From positions 364,433 through 428,432 of the forward strand of contig CAWEXM010000006.1 in NCBI GenBank assembly GCA_963813055.1: DNA of 64,000 bases, read 5' to 3'. Below the pieces are notes generated by a model that saw nothing but the letters and a program-made list of their open reading frames with translations, was not told the DNA's origin and searched no databases. Within the stretch, counting starts at the first letter, position 1; the number at the start of each line of letters is the position of its first letter. This stretch comes from an uncultured Solirubrobacteraceae bacterium. Its GTDB lineage: Bacteria > Actinomycetota > Thermoleophilia > Solirubrobacterales > Solirubrobacteraceae. Of the stretch, positions 63,459 to 64,000 are shown one piece after another. A program made the position numbers and the translations under genes.

Positions 63459-64000
<542 letters not shown>

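Overview
High-GC actinobacterial chromosome segment. Gene content and protein styles suggest Thermoleophilia (Solirubrobacterales/Conexibacter-like); this assignment is an inference. Layout: (1) 0.3-10 kb: hopanoid genes (shc, hpnG, hpnH), a Fluc pair, a vapBC pair, dtd and an ArsR-SRPBCC-MFS operon. (2) 10-25 kb: accessory region with two paralogous secreted cupredoxins, a TPR-TM-PKD protein, a sulfotransferase-like gene, a YhcG/DUF1016 nuclease, and a four-gene cluster of uncharacterised secreted proteins. (3) 24962-30098: a 5.1-kb island at tRNA-Met(CAT), bounded by 47-bp direct repeats, carrying a tyrosine integrase with an apparent catalytic Arg-to-Cys change, a HEPN/DUF5677-like gene and a kinase / small protein / XRE trio. 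(4) 31-64 kb: core region with hisS, an IscU-MnmA fusion, alaS, ruvX, mltG, aroE, a type IV pilus locus (pilB, pilT, pilC, two pilins, pilD, pilMNO), aroC, aroKB, aroQ, an Xaa-Pro peptidase, efp, nusB, an xseB-like gene and a polyprenyl synthase. Main non-obvious signals: a sigma-28/WhiG-type promoter motif recurring 11 times, which links the pilus genes to several unannotated genes including a 42-aa ORF absent from the ORF track; a variant c-di-GMP-I-like riboswitch ahead of the first pilin; a 27-bp palindrome present both inside and just downstream of the YhcG gene; a ~60-bp promoter/operator cassette shared by two accessory loci 14 kb apart; and the secreted four-gene cluster as a candidate undescribed surface-fibre system. 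Clustered frameshifts (MFS gene, and efp to the window end) look like sequencing errors.
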